Below are positions 1 through 12,665 of a stretch of 64,000 nt of DNA, one piece after another (position 1 is the stretch's first letter; every line of letters starts with the position of its first letter). The notes beneath the pieces are model-generated. The model was not told the origin of the DNA. It was given only the letters and a program-made list of their open reading frames with translations, and searched no databases. Source of the stretch: Paraspadella gotoi (Eukaryota; Animalia; Chaetognatha); the NCBI GenBank assembly GCA_051294375.1, contig CM119268.1, positions 11,843,585 through 11,907,584 of the forward strand, in the 5' to 3' direction. The translations under genes were made by a program, and so were the position numbers.

Positions 1-564
1 AAATGGCAGGCAAAAAACCCGCCGTTTTTTCAGTCCTCTATACGCAAAACAGATTCGCGATCGAAAAATAATTTTTTTGGTTCCACTAAACGTTTTGAAC
101 TAGCGCTCCGCTTCGTAGTTATTTTATTTAAGCCACGAACAGATCGAGCGAAAAAGGCGGTAACTAAAAAAATGGCGTTTGGGTCCTAATTCTGAATTTT
201 TTTAAAAAAAACATCAAAGGCCAAATAATGTTTAATTAACAAACGAAATATAAGATAAATGAATTCAATCAATTTAATTAATAAATCAAAATGTGTGTAG
301 CAAGGACAATGATTTAAAATTCAACAACCCAAAACATGGTCATAACAAAATCCCTCTTTCCCGAATTACAGAGCAGCGAATCTCTCTCGCTTCAAACCAA
401 AGTGCCCTGAATGAGTATCGTTTCCTGTAGGTTTTTATTATGCTCCGAAGGGGGAACAGAAAAAACAACCCCAAGATCACTTATCTTACAGAAAGCCTTT
501 TTAAATTTTTCTAATCTTACTACGTGAATAATAACTGCAGCCGACAAGAAGGTTGGACATTAAT

Positions 565-656
565 GGTTTAGGTTTCAGTTAGGGATAATTAGATTCGGGG
601 ATAAGAATTAGGGTGATGGATTAGGTTAGAGATAATGCATTAAAAGTTAGGATTAG
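565..656 (+). repeat. Degenerate interstitial telomere-like (TTAGG/TTAGGG) tract
   Basis: ggtttagg...gttaggg...attaggg...ttaggttag...gttaggattag. Similar tracts at 1718-1777 (+), 3841-3900 (C-strand, aaccctaac) and 56148-56335. Confidence 0.55.
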
Positions 657-780
657 TACTAACACAAAAAATTATGATAAAACTACATTTGTCATAAAAC
701 TACGCTAGCCTTTACAAGAAAAATCTGGCGGTCCAGGATAGGGATTTCAACCGAAAACGAACGATGATAAATTTTAACAG

Positions 781-873
781 GAATGGAGAAGTAGTTGCGA
801 CGGTGAAAGAGCGACGAACGAAAGGAGTGACATAATGACAGCGACAAAAGCAGCAAAAGAGACGAGTTTGTGC
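781..873 (+). CDS. Candidate internal coding exon (EWRSSCDGERATNERSDIMTATKAAKETSLC), product unknown
   Basis: Acceptor ttttaacAG|781 and donor 873|GTGAGT; 93 nt, phase 0-0; only this frame is stop-free; GC-richer than flanks. No homology recognised. Confidence 0.3.
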
Positions 874-1717
874 GTGAGTGTTAAGTCCGCTGCTTCAGGA
901 GAGCAAGAATGGACAAACGCTCTTGTGGAGAGGGCGGGAAAACCGACCACTGGTCCACCATCGTCGACGTCCCACTCTTGCAGTCGTCTCTTGGTCCTAA
1001 TCATCGACAGCTTCCGGGAGCCAAGAGAGAGATCTCTCAGCGCTCAGGGTCGCCGTCGCTTCCACCCACCTTAATCTTTATCGGGCATTCACTTTATATC
1101 ATGTCAGAAACATCAAATTATGATAAAATATGCAAAAAAAACGATTACTCCGCCAGTCTGTCTGTCGTACCATTCTACCTTAGCAAAAAACTTCATTGCT
1201 CGTGCTTTTAAAGTAAATGATTTTTTAAAAGTTTGTCTCGAATAAAGGGTCTCCTCCCCGTACAATCAGAATTCACATTGAGAAGCATTACTCTTTTATG
1301 AAAATAAAATTTATTAATAAATACAATAAGCAACTACAACTAATACGGACAGTGAGACACATGGTTGAAATCAAAGATAAATGTTACTGTTCTAAAGTTT
1401 GATGCATCCTCTAATAAAGGCAATTCGAAAAGTGTTACAAGTTTAACGACCATCAACATAATAGATCTATAAAAGGATGAATAAAAAATAATTAGATAGC
1501 GGGCATATATTGTTCAGTTTTCAATTTTCCGGTCTAAACAGAATCACCAACTTGTATGAGATACTTAGACGACAAAAAAAAGGAAACATGGGAACATCAA
1601 AGGTATTAAATAGTATAATTTTTAAAAGCTACCTAAACAGTTAACCTCTCATATTACAGAATTACAATCGCAATTAATTAAGCCCTTTTTATGTCGCTTA
1701 ATTTTACTTCGCCGAAC

Positions 1718-1777
1718 AGGGGTTAGGGCGAGCGGTAAGGGTAGTTACAGGTCAAGACTGATTAGGATAAATTAGGT
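1718..1777 (+). repeat. Degenerate telomere-like G-rich tract
   Basis: ggggttagggcg...gtaagggtagtt...ttagga...ttaggt. Confidence 0.4.
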
Positions 1778-2638
1778 AATAATTTTATTTTATTTCTTTA
1801 TTTAAATAAATTATTTTAAGAGGTTTTTCAAAAAAGACGGCCAAAAACATAGGTTCTGTTCGAAAAGTAAAATTTTATCCCTTGTCTATAATAACGCTCG
1901 AAATTACCGGCTCTGCAGTTCGCATGATATTGACGAATGAGAGTAAATCACTACTGGACATAATAAATATGCGCCCTGTAGTGACATAATATCACAGAAG
2001 CCATTAAATATGACCATCCTGATCAGCGTCATTTATGGCCATAATAGCGCACTGGCTAAAACGCTCTTATCTCAAGAAACCCAACGTTCCTGGGTACTAA
2101 GCTCTGGTCCCGGTACGGTCCTTGAAAATAGTGACGGGCTGGTTAAACCACCGCCTAAGCCGCCAGATCTGAAGTTCAGGAAACGAAGACAAACTGATGG
2201 GAAAATCTCAGCAGAACCACAGGGAGCTATTCACAAACCTCAGAGAGGCAACGGGGACCCTCTCTCCTTTCCGTCACTTCAATGAATTTTATCTTTGGGA
2301 AAATATTATAACTTATATTATATCAAAATGAATTTTAAAAATTGTAATAACAGATTCGGATTCGTTAGAAAAAAATAAGAACTTTTGTAAAATATGTATT
2401 ATATAATAATAATATTTTAACGTTAAAGCTGCAAAAAATGTCAAAAACAGTTTCATATAATAGTTTCCTACTACAGACAGTGAAAAAGTAAAGAATTTTT
2501 GACTTTTTTTTTTAAAATTTTAAACAACTGGGTCGCAGACGTATTTTGCTGAGAACGGACAAACACATTGGTCCTTTACAGATAATCTTCGGTAAAAAGT
2601 ATTACCTCTCATCCGTGGTTCTTTGGTAAACTGAACAG

Positions 2639-2719
2639 CAGCGCGCTAGACCTCATGATAGCCAAAGTCATCCTGCGCGGATCGGGGGCAGGAATCCTTC
2701 GATAGAATGGTTACGGAGA
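2639..2719 (+). CDS. Candidate internal exon (QRARPHDSQSHPARIGGRNPSIEWLRR), product unknown
   Basis: ctgaacAG|2639 ... 2719|GTGAGT; 81 nt, phase 0-0, open. An alternative SH2-like reading of the same DNA is given in findings. Confidence 0.2.
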
Positions 2720-3840
2720 GTGAGTCGGTGACTTGAATAACGTTTTGCCTAAACTATTTGAGCTTCCAAAGTGGTAGGATATTTTTCCGTGGTCGAGTAA
2801 AACTGATGGTCTGTGCGGGACCGGTGCCGGCCGGGCGGGACAGGAAGAGTGTTGGTGGTGGCGGCGATGCACTTTGGCATAGTTCGTAGTTCGGTCTTGG
2901 GAAGGCGGTCGTGGCGGCGGCGGCAAGGAGCAGAGCCCGAACGTTGAGCATTGCCCCTAAAAGTATCCTTGGAGGGAGAAACCCCAAGTCCCAGGAAAAG
3001 GCGACGGCGAGAATAATGGAACCAAGATAGCAACGGAGTTAATACGACGGAGATTCACTGAAAAAGCCGAAAGTTATCTCCGGAGCGGAAAGCGCGATCG
3101 TGAGCGTGATGAATTCGGCGTCGAGAAAAGCGAAGAAAAAGATGCCGTCGACTTCGGAGACGAGATTCAGCGTCGTTCAGGGGTCGGCGACTCGACCAGG
3201 AGACCACTCCGTCGTTAGAGCAAATTCTAATTTAACAGACAAATTCTAAAATTAACCAGACAGTAAATACTGAAGGCTATCAATATTTTTGTGACCAGAA
3301 TCGTTTCCCATCAAACTACCTGATAGAATTTCATGAAATCTTTACATTAGAGTTTTCTAAATGACGATATCACAGAACTATCTGAGGCGAATTTTAATGA
3401 ATCAACCCCTGACAATAGCCATAGCTTAATGAAATTTAAAATGCTTTTTAAATTTGTTTAATAGAATCAGGTTCATTCGATGTCTTAACCATATAAAAAC
3501 TCTTCTAAAACTAAAAATTAATAAATGTTTTGCCAATTAATCGGTGTTTGAAGATCCATTGGTTCGTTTTTCTCTCTATTTTCCCCGAATTAATTCCCAA
3601 TCTGACTTGAAACCGCTGATGTCATGAACCTGAAACTTAAGAATAAACTAATATTTTTGTGGAAATAAATACGTTTTGTGGAAGAGTAAATCGTCTGGCA
3701 ACTGTTTTTGCCCTATCTCAGCCAGTTAATTGTCAGGTACGGTTATTGGTTTTTCGCTTCTTATGAGCAACCATATAGAAATCTCTTTACGGAAAAATAA
3801 AAAAGATACTGGTAAGGGTAGAAAAACTTTTTATAAAGTT

Positions 3841-3900
3841 AAACCTCCCCTAAACCCTAACTAACACCCTGATACCTAACGCAACGCCCTAAATCTCTAA
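3841..3900 (-). repeat. Degenerate telomere-like tract, C-rich strand on +
   Basis: cccctaaaccctaactaacaccctgatacctaac...ccctaaatctctaa. Confidence 0.45.
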
Positions 3901-4314
3901 ACAGTAACACATATGAGTTTTATTAAGAAAACAACACTTTCGCGACATGTTTTGAACGATACAATCAGCGAAAAATGTATTGACTTGTGAAACAAAATAT
4001 TTAAAGGTATTTGTTTTACAAATCAATTCATTTCGGCGCTGATAAAGGCTTACATTGAAGCCGAAACATGTCCGAAATTTAATGTTCATTTTCTACCTAA
4101 CATAAAATATTTGCAATTCAAATGAACGGCGGACGATAAGGGCCGAACCGAGCCGAGCCGTGCAGCGCCGGGCGCCGGCAGCCCCGAAAATGGCGCGGGG
4201 GCTCGGCGTGCGGGGTCGAGGACGCGTGGCTTGGCGGTCGCGGNNNNNNNNNNNNNNNNNNNNNNNNNGTTGAGGGAAAAGGATGCGAAATTTGAGGGGA
4301 ATTATTTGCTCGTC

Positions 4315-7300
4315 GGAGAGGGGGGGGGGAAGAAGCTCCGTTGTGAATTTTTTAATTTGTTTGAAGTCAAGTTTTTTTTTTAATTAACAATTTTTATAAA
4401 ATAAACAACACGTTTCAATAATGCCACGTCTAAATTTACGAATGAAAGTTACATCCGGGGAATTTCCCAAAGACCATCGTATCTCACGAAATTGCATTTC
4501 GACGACCGAGAACCGAAAACAGGGCGACGTTTCGCCGCCGACGGAGGCGGAGAACCAGCCGTACAAATGGCTCTTCGGTTCGGATTTTTCCCCGCCATGT
4601 TCCGTCGCGAGTGCGTTGATCTCATTGGTCACATTCAAGAGGCTGTTTGTTGTTGTTGACATTTTGGCGAGCGGTAAAATAAAGTCTTTATTATTAAAAC
4701 GAGATGGAATAACGTTTGTTTAACTTTGAGGTTTGGCCGCGAAGCGGTTCTATGACAGGCGGCACATTCTTGATTGAAGCTTACGCCAAAACCCTCGTCT
4801 CCTTTAAAATCCTTTTTCAAAGCTACCCCACAGCCTTTTCTCGATTGTGAAGAAGGGCTGGCGGGTGGAGGGGTAGGGAGGCAATGGGAGGAAACAGATT
4901 GGTGGAAGAGAGGCGGGTGGAGGGTGGAGGGAGGCAATGGGAGGAAACGGGGGTTGTATTGGTATAAGGAAGCGAGGAAAATAAGTGAGTAAAATAAAAT
5001 GAAGCAGAGAGGTGGAAAAAGAGATGGCGAGAAGAGAAGAGAGAGAGAGAGAGAGAGAGAGACGAGAAGAGAGAACGAGAGAGAGGAGTAGTGGGAGAGA
5101 GAGAGAGGAGATAGAGAGAGAGAGAGGAGAAACAGAGAGAGAAAAGGCAAAGAAGCCAAAAAGGGAGGAAAAAAGGAAGGGAAAAAATGGTGAAGGCGGA
5201 GTCAGATAAAGGAGTTTGACGTGAAATACCATGAACCGGGTCGGACTTGGCAAAGGAGAAATCCTCGAAAGAGTGGGGGAGAGAGGGGGGAGAGAGGGGT
5301 GGGGGGAGATAATTGAAGAAGTTAGAGGAGAATTTATTCGTAGTTGACGAGAAATTGGTTGAACGAGAACGAGAAGGAATGAGAATTACGAGAAGGGAGA
5401 CGGAAAAATCAAAATCAAAACTACAAATACTATTTGTTCTGTGTCTATTGAGTGCATTATTTCTTTCTTTCTCTCTCTCTCTCTCTCTCTCCTGTCTCTC
5501 TCCTCTCTCTCTCATCTCTCTCGTCTCTCTCCTCTCTAACTGCGGAGCTTTTGAAGAATAGAGGGAGTCAGCCATCGTACTGGTGGCCAAGAGAGGATAA
5601 GAGTAGAGCGAGTCCAGAGGAGAGATAACACCGCGAAAGATACGGGAGAATGGAAAGTCACGGATGAAGACTTAGAAGAGAATAAGGATATAAGATTGTT
5701 GATCTAAGGGAAAAATGAGTACTGTCACTAAATTCTAAGTTAAGTATGAGAAACTAAAATATTTATGGCGACGCATACAAATTAAATAATATAGAATTCC
5801 GCAATCTAATACTTAAGGGTGTTATGCTTTATAGAGTTGACCCCATCATAGAAACATTAAACCCACTTTTTTTGATTACGAAGCCAGTAGTTGTGAGTTA
5901 AAAACTACTGGACTGCGAGGTATCTCGATTGAAAGTTTGCAGTGTCCTGATTAGTTATTACATTGTAGATGATGGCTCAACTCGACATTAGCCTAATAGC
6001 CTGTCTTTGTCTATTGTCTTCAAATTTTCGCCTGCGTGAAAATCACAATATCCGATTGACGACAAATCCTCAAGAGTAGCCATGACTTTTTTTTGTCTTC
6101 GCTATGAGTTTGAAACGATAAAAACACTTTGAAATGGCGTTGGAAAAAGATGTTGAGGCCTTGATTGGAACTTGAGCTCGGGATGGAAAGAAATCTCACC
6201 GCTTCCGCTTGCTTTAAGCTGTCACGACTCAGCTGAGCTGCAAGAAAAAAAAAAAGTTGCACTTAGTAGAAGAAATTGGAAAGAGATGTGATGACAAATA
6301 AATGTAAGCGAACGTCGATGACCGTTATCGTGGACCAAAAACAATAAAACGAAAGGAGGCTGGACAAAAAAAAAATATGAGAGGTAGAAAGCGTCCAAAG
6401 TTTTAAAGGAACCAGAGGGTTGAGCGCTCACGACGAGAAAGATGAGGAGAAAAGAGAAAAACCTGGCCAAAAGTCTTTCTTTTTTAATGCCTTAGTTTGT
6501 TATATCATACTTTTTAAAAATACTTTTTGACGTAACGATGTATTTTTGTTCGGCTGTTCCGTTTTGTAAACAAAAGAGAAATTAATATTGTAGAAAATTC
6601 CCGAACAAAAGATGATAGATATATAATGAAAAATGAAATTGAAGAAAGGATAAGTATCACTCTGTGTTTTGTTTAAAAAAAAAAAGATCTAATCATATTC
6701 CAAGTTTTTTTCTTTCTATAAAAAAGACATCGGTCTACGTTGCGACTAAGCATGACTTATTCATACGATTGTTTCGCCATCTTCCCGTCCTCACTTCGTA
6801 CGTTAAAAAAAAACATCTTCGCCTGATCCCCGAGAATTTCTCTTGCTTCGCCTGATTCCTTGATTTCCCAAAACGACCGCAAAGATTTATGGAAAACGGA
6901 TTTTCTTCATTTACAATGTTTTTTTCTTTTTTTTTTATTCCTTGCATTGAAAAGAAATTTATGATTTTCATGAATTCATATGAACAAATGTTTTTCGTTT
7001 TTTTTTTTTATTTTTAATATTTTTATCTACTTGAGTCACCGGAAAGATTCTAAGAAATTAAATCAAAAAGAAGAAATTTGTGCTTTGTCATTTTTATGTT
7101 GATCCATGATCTGTTTTATTTCTTTCTTTCTTTCTTCTTTCTGTCTTCTTTCTTCTTTTTTCTTCTTCTTTCTTTTCTTTCTTTCTTTCTTTCTTTCTGT
7201 TCTTTCTTCCTTCTATTCTTTCTTTTTTCTTGCTTTCTTTCTTTTTATTTTATTTTATTTTTCACCTTTCATTATTTTTTTATTTTTTTCTCTTTTTGCT

Positions 7301-7579
7301 CCTTTTCTCCCAATTTTCCTTCTTCCTTCCTTTCTTCCTCCTTCCCGTTCTTTTCCTCGTTTCTTTCCCTCCTTTACCTCGTTTTCCTCCTCCTCCTTCT
7401 TCTATGTACCCCACTGTTCCTCCCCTTTTCCCTCCGCATTTCCTTCCTTTCCCTGTTCCTTTCTCCTTCCTCCTATTTTTCACCCCAGGAGGTAATCTTA
7501 TTTCCATTATTCTCTTCCCTAGAGAAAAATTCAGAAAATCCGATGAAAAGACGGACGACAAAATGGTGGAGCCGCACCG

Positions 7580-7611
<32 letters not shown>

Positions 7612-9824
7612 GACGAATAAGAAGAAGACGACTATGATGGATGATGACGCGCGCGACGAGAAACCGACTTACAAATGGCGACGATGATGACGAACGACCG
7701 CGGACGATATACTATGGGTGATAAAACGAGAGCGAATATTAATCAATGAAGAGGACAAAAGACGAAAATTGACGCATAAAGATCGACGACGACGCCGACG
7801 TCGACGCGAAACGACGATCGACCGACGACGACCTTTGTGCAAATTATGGCGACCGAACATTCGACTTTAATTTATTTAATCCAACATCTTTTTGTCAATG
7901 AGGCGCTGTGTGAAGATGGCTGGTGATGATTTATTTAGATGGAAATTTAAACACATTCAGCAATGACAATGAAATGAGTCCGGAAGGCAATGAAACACTA
8001 TGAATTCGAATAATCACGCAAGTAAAAATTCAGCAGAAAAAAAAAAAACCGAGAAAAAAAAACCCCGACAAAAGTTCGACAAGAGGTACAATGGAAAATG
8101 AGGAAAACAACGAGACGAAAACGACGACGAAAACGACGACGAAAAACGACGAAAGTCTTTGGGGACTGAGTATGGCGCCTCACGGGTGTATCGACTTTGG
8201 AGTCTTTGGTTAGACTCGAGAATAACAGAAAGCGTTTTTGTTGCGCGATAATAACAAGACGACAACTATGATGATAATAAGTTAAAAATGATAATAAAAA
8301 ACAATAGCGAAAAAACGTTTAGTTGGCGAAGATGACTGTATGAAATATCGTGAGATAATCATGAGGTAGACGACGCAGAACAAAACGGAACACCATCTCT
8401 AGACAGAAAAAGAAATAAACCCTTATTACTAATTACGATTTAGAACTCACGATTAAAAAAAAAATTTAAAAAAACCCAAAACGCAATTTGGACTCTTAAA
8501 CCCCCCCCCCGCCCACCCCCCCACTCAAAAAAAGAAACCAAGCTTTTTGGTGCCAAGAAGAAGAAAAATACTAACGAGGAATAATGTCTTGGTAGGACAG
8601 GGAATAATTGCCCTGGTAGGACGATCTAATGAAGAAGCTTTCATGAAGCATAAACTTTCTTTAAAAAATCGTCGCATTTTTCTTTCTTGGACCCTTTAGA
8701 ATTCCTTGACGTAGTGGCGGCGGAGGAGGAGAAGGAGAGGAGAGGAGAAGAGGAAAGGGTAAAGATGGAGAAAGGAGTTTGAAGGGCGAGAGAGCTGAAG
8801 TGATTATGAGAGATATGTGGAGAGACGAGGGGATAAGTGGGTGTGCTTGGAAGAAATAAGAAAAGGAAAAGAAAAAGGAAAGGGGAGGTTGGGAAATGGA
8901 AAGGAGAAGAGAGGAATAGATTGAAAAGTAAGGAGGCTAAAGGAAAGGAAAGGAAGAAAGCAAAAGAGAGTAAAGCGAAAGAAAATGGAAGGAAAAGGAT
9001 AGAAGGAATAAAAGGAAAACAAAGGAAAGGGAAAGAAAAGAAAAAGGAAGAAAGAGAGAGAGAAGAATAAAGGAGAGAGCAGGAAGGAGGGAAACATAGA
9101 ATAGGATAAGGAAGGGAGAAGGACAAGAAAAGAAGTAAATGAAAAGCGATGCGAAGAAAGTGGCAGGAAGAAAAAGATAAAAAAAAGGGAATGTTTTTGG
9201 GAAAGGAAAAGGAGAGATGGAAGAGGAAGGAAAAAAAACTGGTTGAAGAAGGAAGAAGAAACGATAGGTAAGAAAATGAAAGGAATGAGCAGGGTTGAAA
9301 GAAGTATAAAAAAGGCAGGAGAAGAACCCGAATGCGAAAATAGGATGAATAAGTCGAGTCTTCACGCCGGGAGAAGGTTTTTTTGCGAAGCCGTCGGGAG
9401 GCGTCTTGGAGCGAGTGATGATCTGAGAGGTGACGCGATAAGAGAAGATAAATGGGAGAGGATGTTTGGCTGAGTTGTGATAGGGTTAGTGAGATGTTAG
9501 TTGGGATGGAGAGTGGTCAAAAAGTATGTTTTGCGCGCCAATTTATAATTATTAAATTGAATGAAAAAAAAATTTTAAGGGTTTTTTTTAAATAGAAGCA
9601 TCAAATGTTGAAAATTCTAAAGTTTGAAGATCCGCGATTGTCACGATGCTTGTGACTTTTTAATCCCTAACATCGTGTGAGGAATATGTGAAAAGGAAAT
9701 GACGTTAGATAAGAGGAAAAGATATAATCTGAAGACAAGGAATGAGTTTAAACGATAATAGGAGAGAAAAAATGGGCAGATGTTAGCAATCAAGTTGGGG
9801 ACGACAGAGAAAGCGAGAGAGAGA

Positions 9825-9882
<58 letters not shown>

Positions 9883-9947
9883 AGAGAGAGAAGGAGAGAG
9901 AGAGAGGAGAGAGATAGAGAGGAGGAGAGAGAAAAAGAGAGAGAGGG

Positions 9948-9987
<40 letters not shown>

Positions 9988-9995
9988 AGAGAAGA
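4315..9995 (+). repeat. Tandem duplication A, copy 1 (~5.7 kb)
   Basis: Collinear with 9996-15328 from ggagagggggggggaagaagctccgttgtg to gttggggacgacagagaa(AG)n. Begins ~47 bp after a 25-N gap. Confidence 0.95.
4453..4662 (-). CDS. Candidate first coding exon (MSTTTNSLLNVTNEINALATEHGGEKSEPKSHLYGWF...GNSPD), product unknown
   Basis: gccaaaATG start context; 70 open codons; possible donor GAT|GTAACT, otherwise the ORF stops at 4384. Its twin in copy 2 (~10135-10331) is broken by indels. No homology recognised. Confidence 0.3.
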
Positions 9996-12577
9996 GGAGA
10001 GGGGGGGGGGAAGAAGCTCCGTTGTGATATTTTTTAATTTCGTTTAAGTCAAGTTTTTTTTTTCAATTAAACAATTTTTTATAAAATAACAACACGTTCA
10101 ATAATGCCACGTCTAAATTTTACCGAATGAAGTTACATCCGGGGAATTTCCAAGACCATCGTATCCACGGAAATTTGCATTTGACGACCGAGAACCGAAA
10201 ACAGCGACGTTTCCCGCCGACCGAGCGGAGAACCAGCGTACAAATGGCCTTCGGTTCGGATTTTCCCGCCATTTCCGTCGAGCGTTGATCTCATTGGTCA
10301 CATCCAAGAGGCTGTTGTTGTTGTTGTACATTTTGCGAGGGTAAAATAAAGCTTTATTATTAAAACGAGATGGAATAACTTTGTTTAACTTTGAGGTTTG
10401 GCGCGAAGCGGTTCTAGACAGGCGCACGATTCTTGATTGAAGCCTTATCGCCAAANNNNNNNNNNNNNNNNNNNNNNNNNNNNNNNNNNNNNNNNNNNNN
10501 NNNNNNNNNNNNNNNNNNNNNNNNNNNNNNNNNNNNNNNNNNNNNNNNNNNNNNNNNNNNNNNNNNNNNNNNNNNNNNNNNNNNNNNNNNNNNNNNNNNN
10601 NNNNNNNNNNNNNNNNNNNNNNNNNNNNNNNNNNNNNNNNNNNNNNNNNNNNNNNNNNNNNNNNNNNNNNNNNNNNNNNNNNNNNNNNNNNNNNNNNNNN
10701 NNNNNNNNNNNNNNNNNNNNNNNNNNNNNNNNNNNNNNNNNNNNNACGAGGAACGAGAAGGAATGAGAATTACGAGAAGGTGAAGAGGAAAAATCAAAAT
10801 CAAACTACAATACTATTTGTTCGTTGTCTATTTAGTGCANNNNNNNNNNNNNNNNNNNNNNNNNNNNNNNNNNNNNNNNNNNNNNNNNNNNNNNNNNNNN
10901 NNNNNNNNNNNNNNNNNNNNNNNNNNNNNNNNNNNNNNNNNNNNNNNNNNNNNNNNNNNNNNNNNNNNNNNNNNNNNNNNNNNNNNNNNNNNNNNNNNNN
11001 NNNNNNNNNNNNNNNNNNNNNNNNNNNNNNNNNNNNNNNNNNNNNNNNNNNNNNNNGTCGGTGCCAAGAGAGGATAAAGAGTAGAGCGAGTCCAGAGGAG
11101 AGATAACACCGCGAAAGAATACGGGAGAAATGGAAAGTCACGGATGAAGACTTAGAAGAGAATAAGGATAAGATTGTGATCTAGGGGAAAAATGAATACT
11201 GTCATCTAATCTAAGTTAAGTATGAGAAAACTAATATTTTGATGCGACGCAATACAAATTACAATATAGAATTCCGCAATCTAATACTTAAGGGTGTGAT
11301 GCTTTTATAGAGTTGACCCCATCATAGAAACATTAAACCACTTTTTTGATACGGAAGCCAGGTAGTCTGTGAGTTAAAAAACTACTGGACTGCGAGGTAG
11401 TCTCGATTGAAAGTTTGCAGGGTCCTGATTAGTTATTAACTTGTAGGATGGAGGCCTCAACTCGACATAGCCTAATAGCCTGTCTATTGTCTATTGTCTT
11501 CAATTTTCGCCTGCGTGAAAATCACAATATCGGATTGACGACAAATCTCAAGAGTAGCCAATGACTTTTTTTTTGTCTTTCCTATGAGTTTGAAAGATAA
11601 AAACACTTTGAAATGGCGTTGGAAAAAGATGTTGAGGCCTGATGGAAACTTGAGCTCCGGATGAAGAAATCACGCTTCGCTTGCTTTACTGTCACGACTC
11701 ACGAGCTGAAGAACAAAAAAAAAAGTTTCGCAATTAGTAGAAGAAATTGAGAAAGAGTTGATGACAATAAAATGTAACGAACGTCGATGACCGTTAGTCG
11801 TGGACACAAAACAATAAAACGAAAGGAGGCTGGACAAAAAAAAAATGAGAGGTGAAAGGTCAAAGTTTTAAAGGAACAGAGGTTGAGCCTCACGACGAGG
11901 AAAGATGAGGAGAAAAGAGAAAAACCTGCCAAAAGTCTTTCTTTTTTAATGCCTTAGTTTGTTTATATTCATACTTTTTAAAATACTTTTTGACGTAACG
12001 ATGTATTTTGTTCGGCCTGTTCCGTTGTAAACAAAGAGAGAAATTAATATTGTAAAATTCCCGAACAAAAGATGATAAATATATGAAAAAATGAAATTGA
12101 AGAAAGGATAAGTATCACTCTGTGTTTTGTTTAAAAAAAAAAAAGATCTAATCATTTCCAAGTATTTTTTCTTTCTATAAAAAAGACAATCCGTCTACGT
12201 TCGAAGCGTAAGATGACTTATTCATGACGATTGTTCGCCATCTTCCCGTCCTCGACTTCGTCGTTTAAAAAAACATTGTCGCCTGATCCCCGAGAATTTC
12301 TCTTGCTTCGCCTGATTTCCTTGTTTTCCAAACGACGAAAGATTTAATGGAAAACGATTTTTCTTTACGAATTTTTTTTTCTTTTTTTTTTTTATTCCTG
12401 CGATTGAAAAGAAATTTATGATTTTCATGAATTTCATATGAACAAATGTTTTTCGGTTTTTTTTTTTATTTTTTATTTTTTATTATGAGTCACCGGAAAG
12501 ATTCTAAGAAATTAAAATCACAAAGAAGAAAATTTGTTGCTTTTGTCTTTTTTGTTGATCCATGTATCTGTTTATAT

Positions 12578-12579
12578 TT

Positions 12580-12661
<82 letters not shown>
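12578..12661 (+). repeat. (TTTC)n microsatellite, ~21 units
   Basis: Read directly from the sequence. Confidence 0.95.

Positions 12662-12665
<4 letters not shown>

Noticed and set aside
2010-2285. 91-aa ORF with PPPKPPD
   Set aside because: No recognisable domain, splice support or TE context; length is compatible with chance.
2711-3250. GC-rich block with several overlapping short ORFs
   Set aside because: Every frame on both strands has stops and no frame can be preferred.
4130-4243. Very GC-rich stretch before the first gap
   Set aside because: Likely a low-quality contig extension; no interpretable structure.
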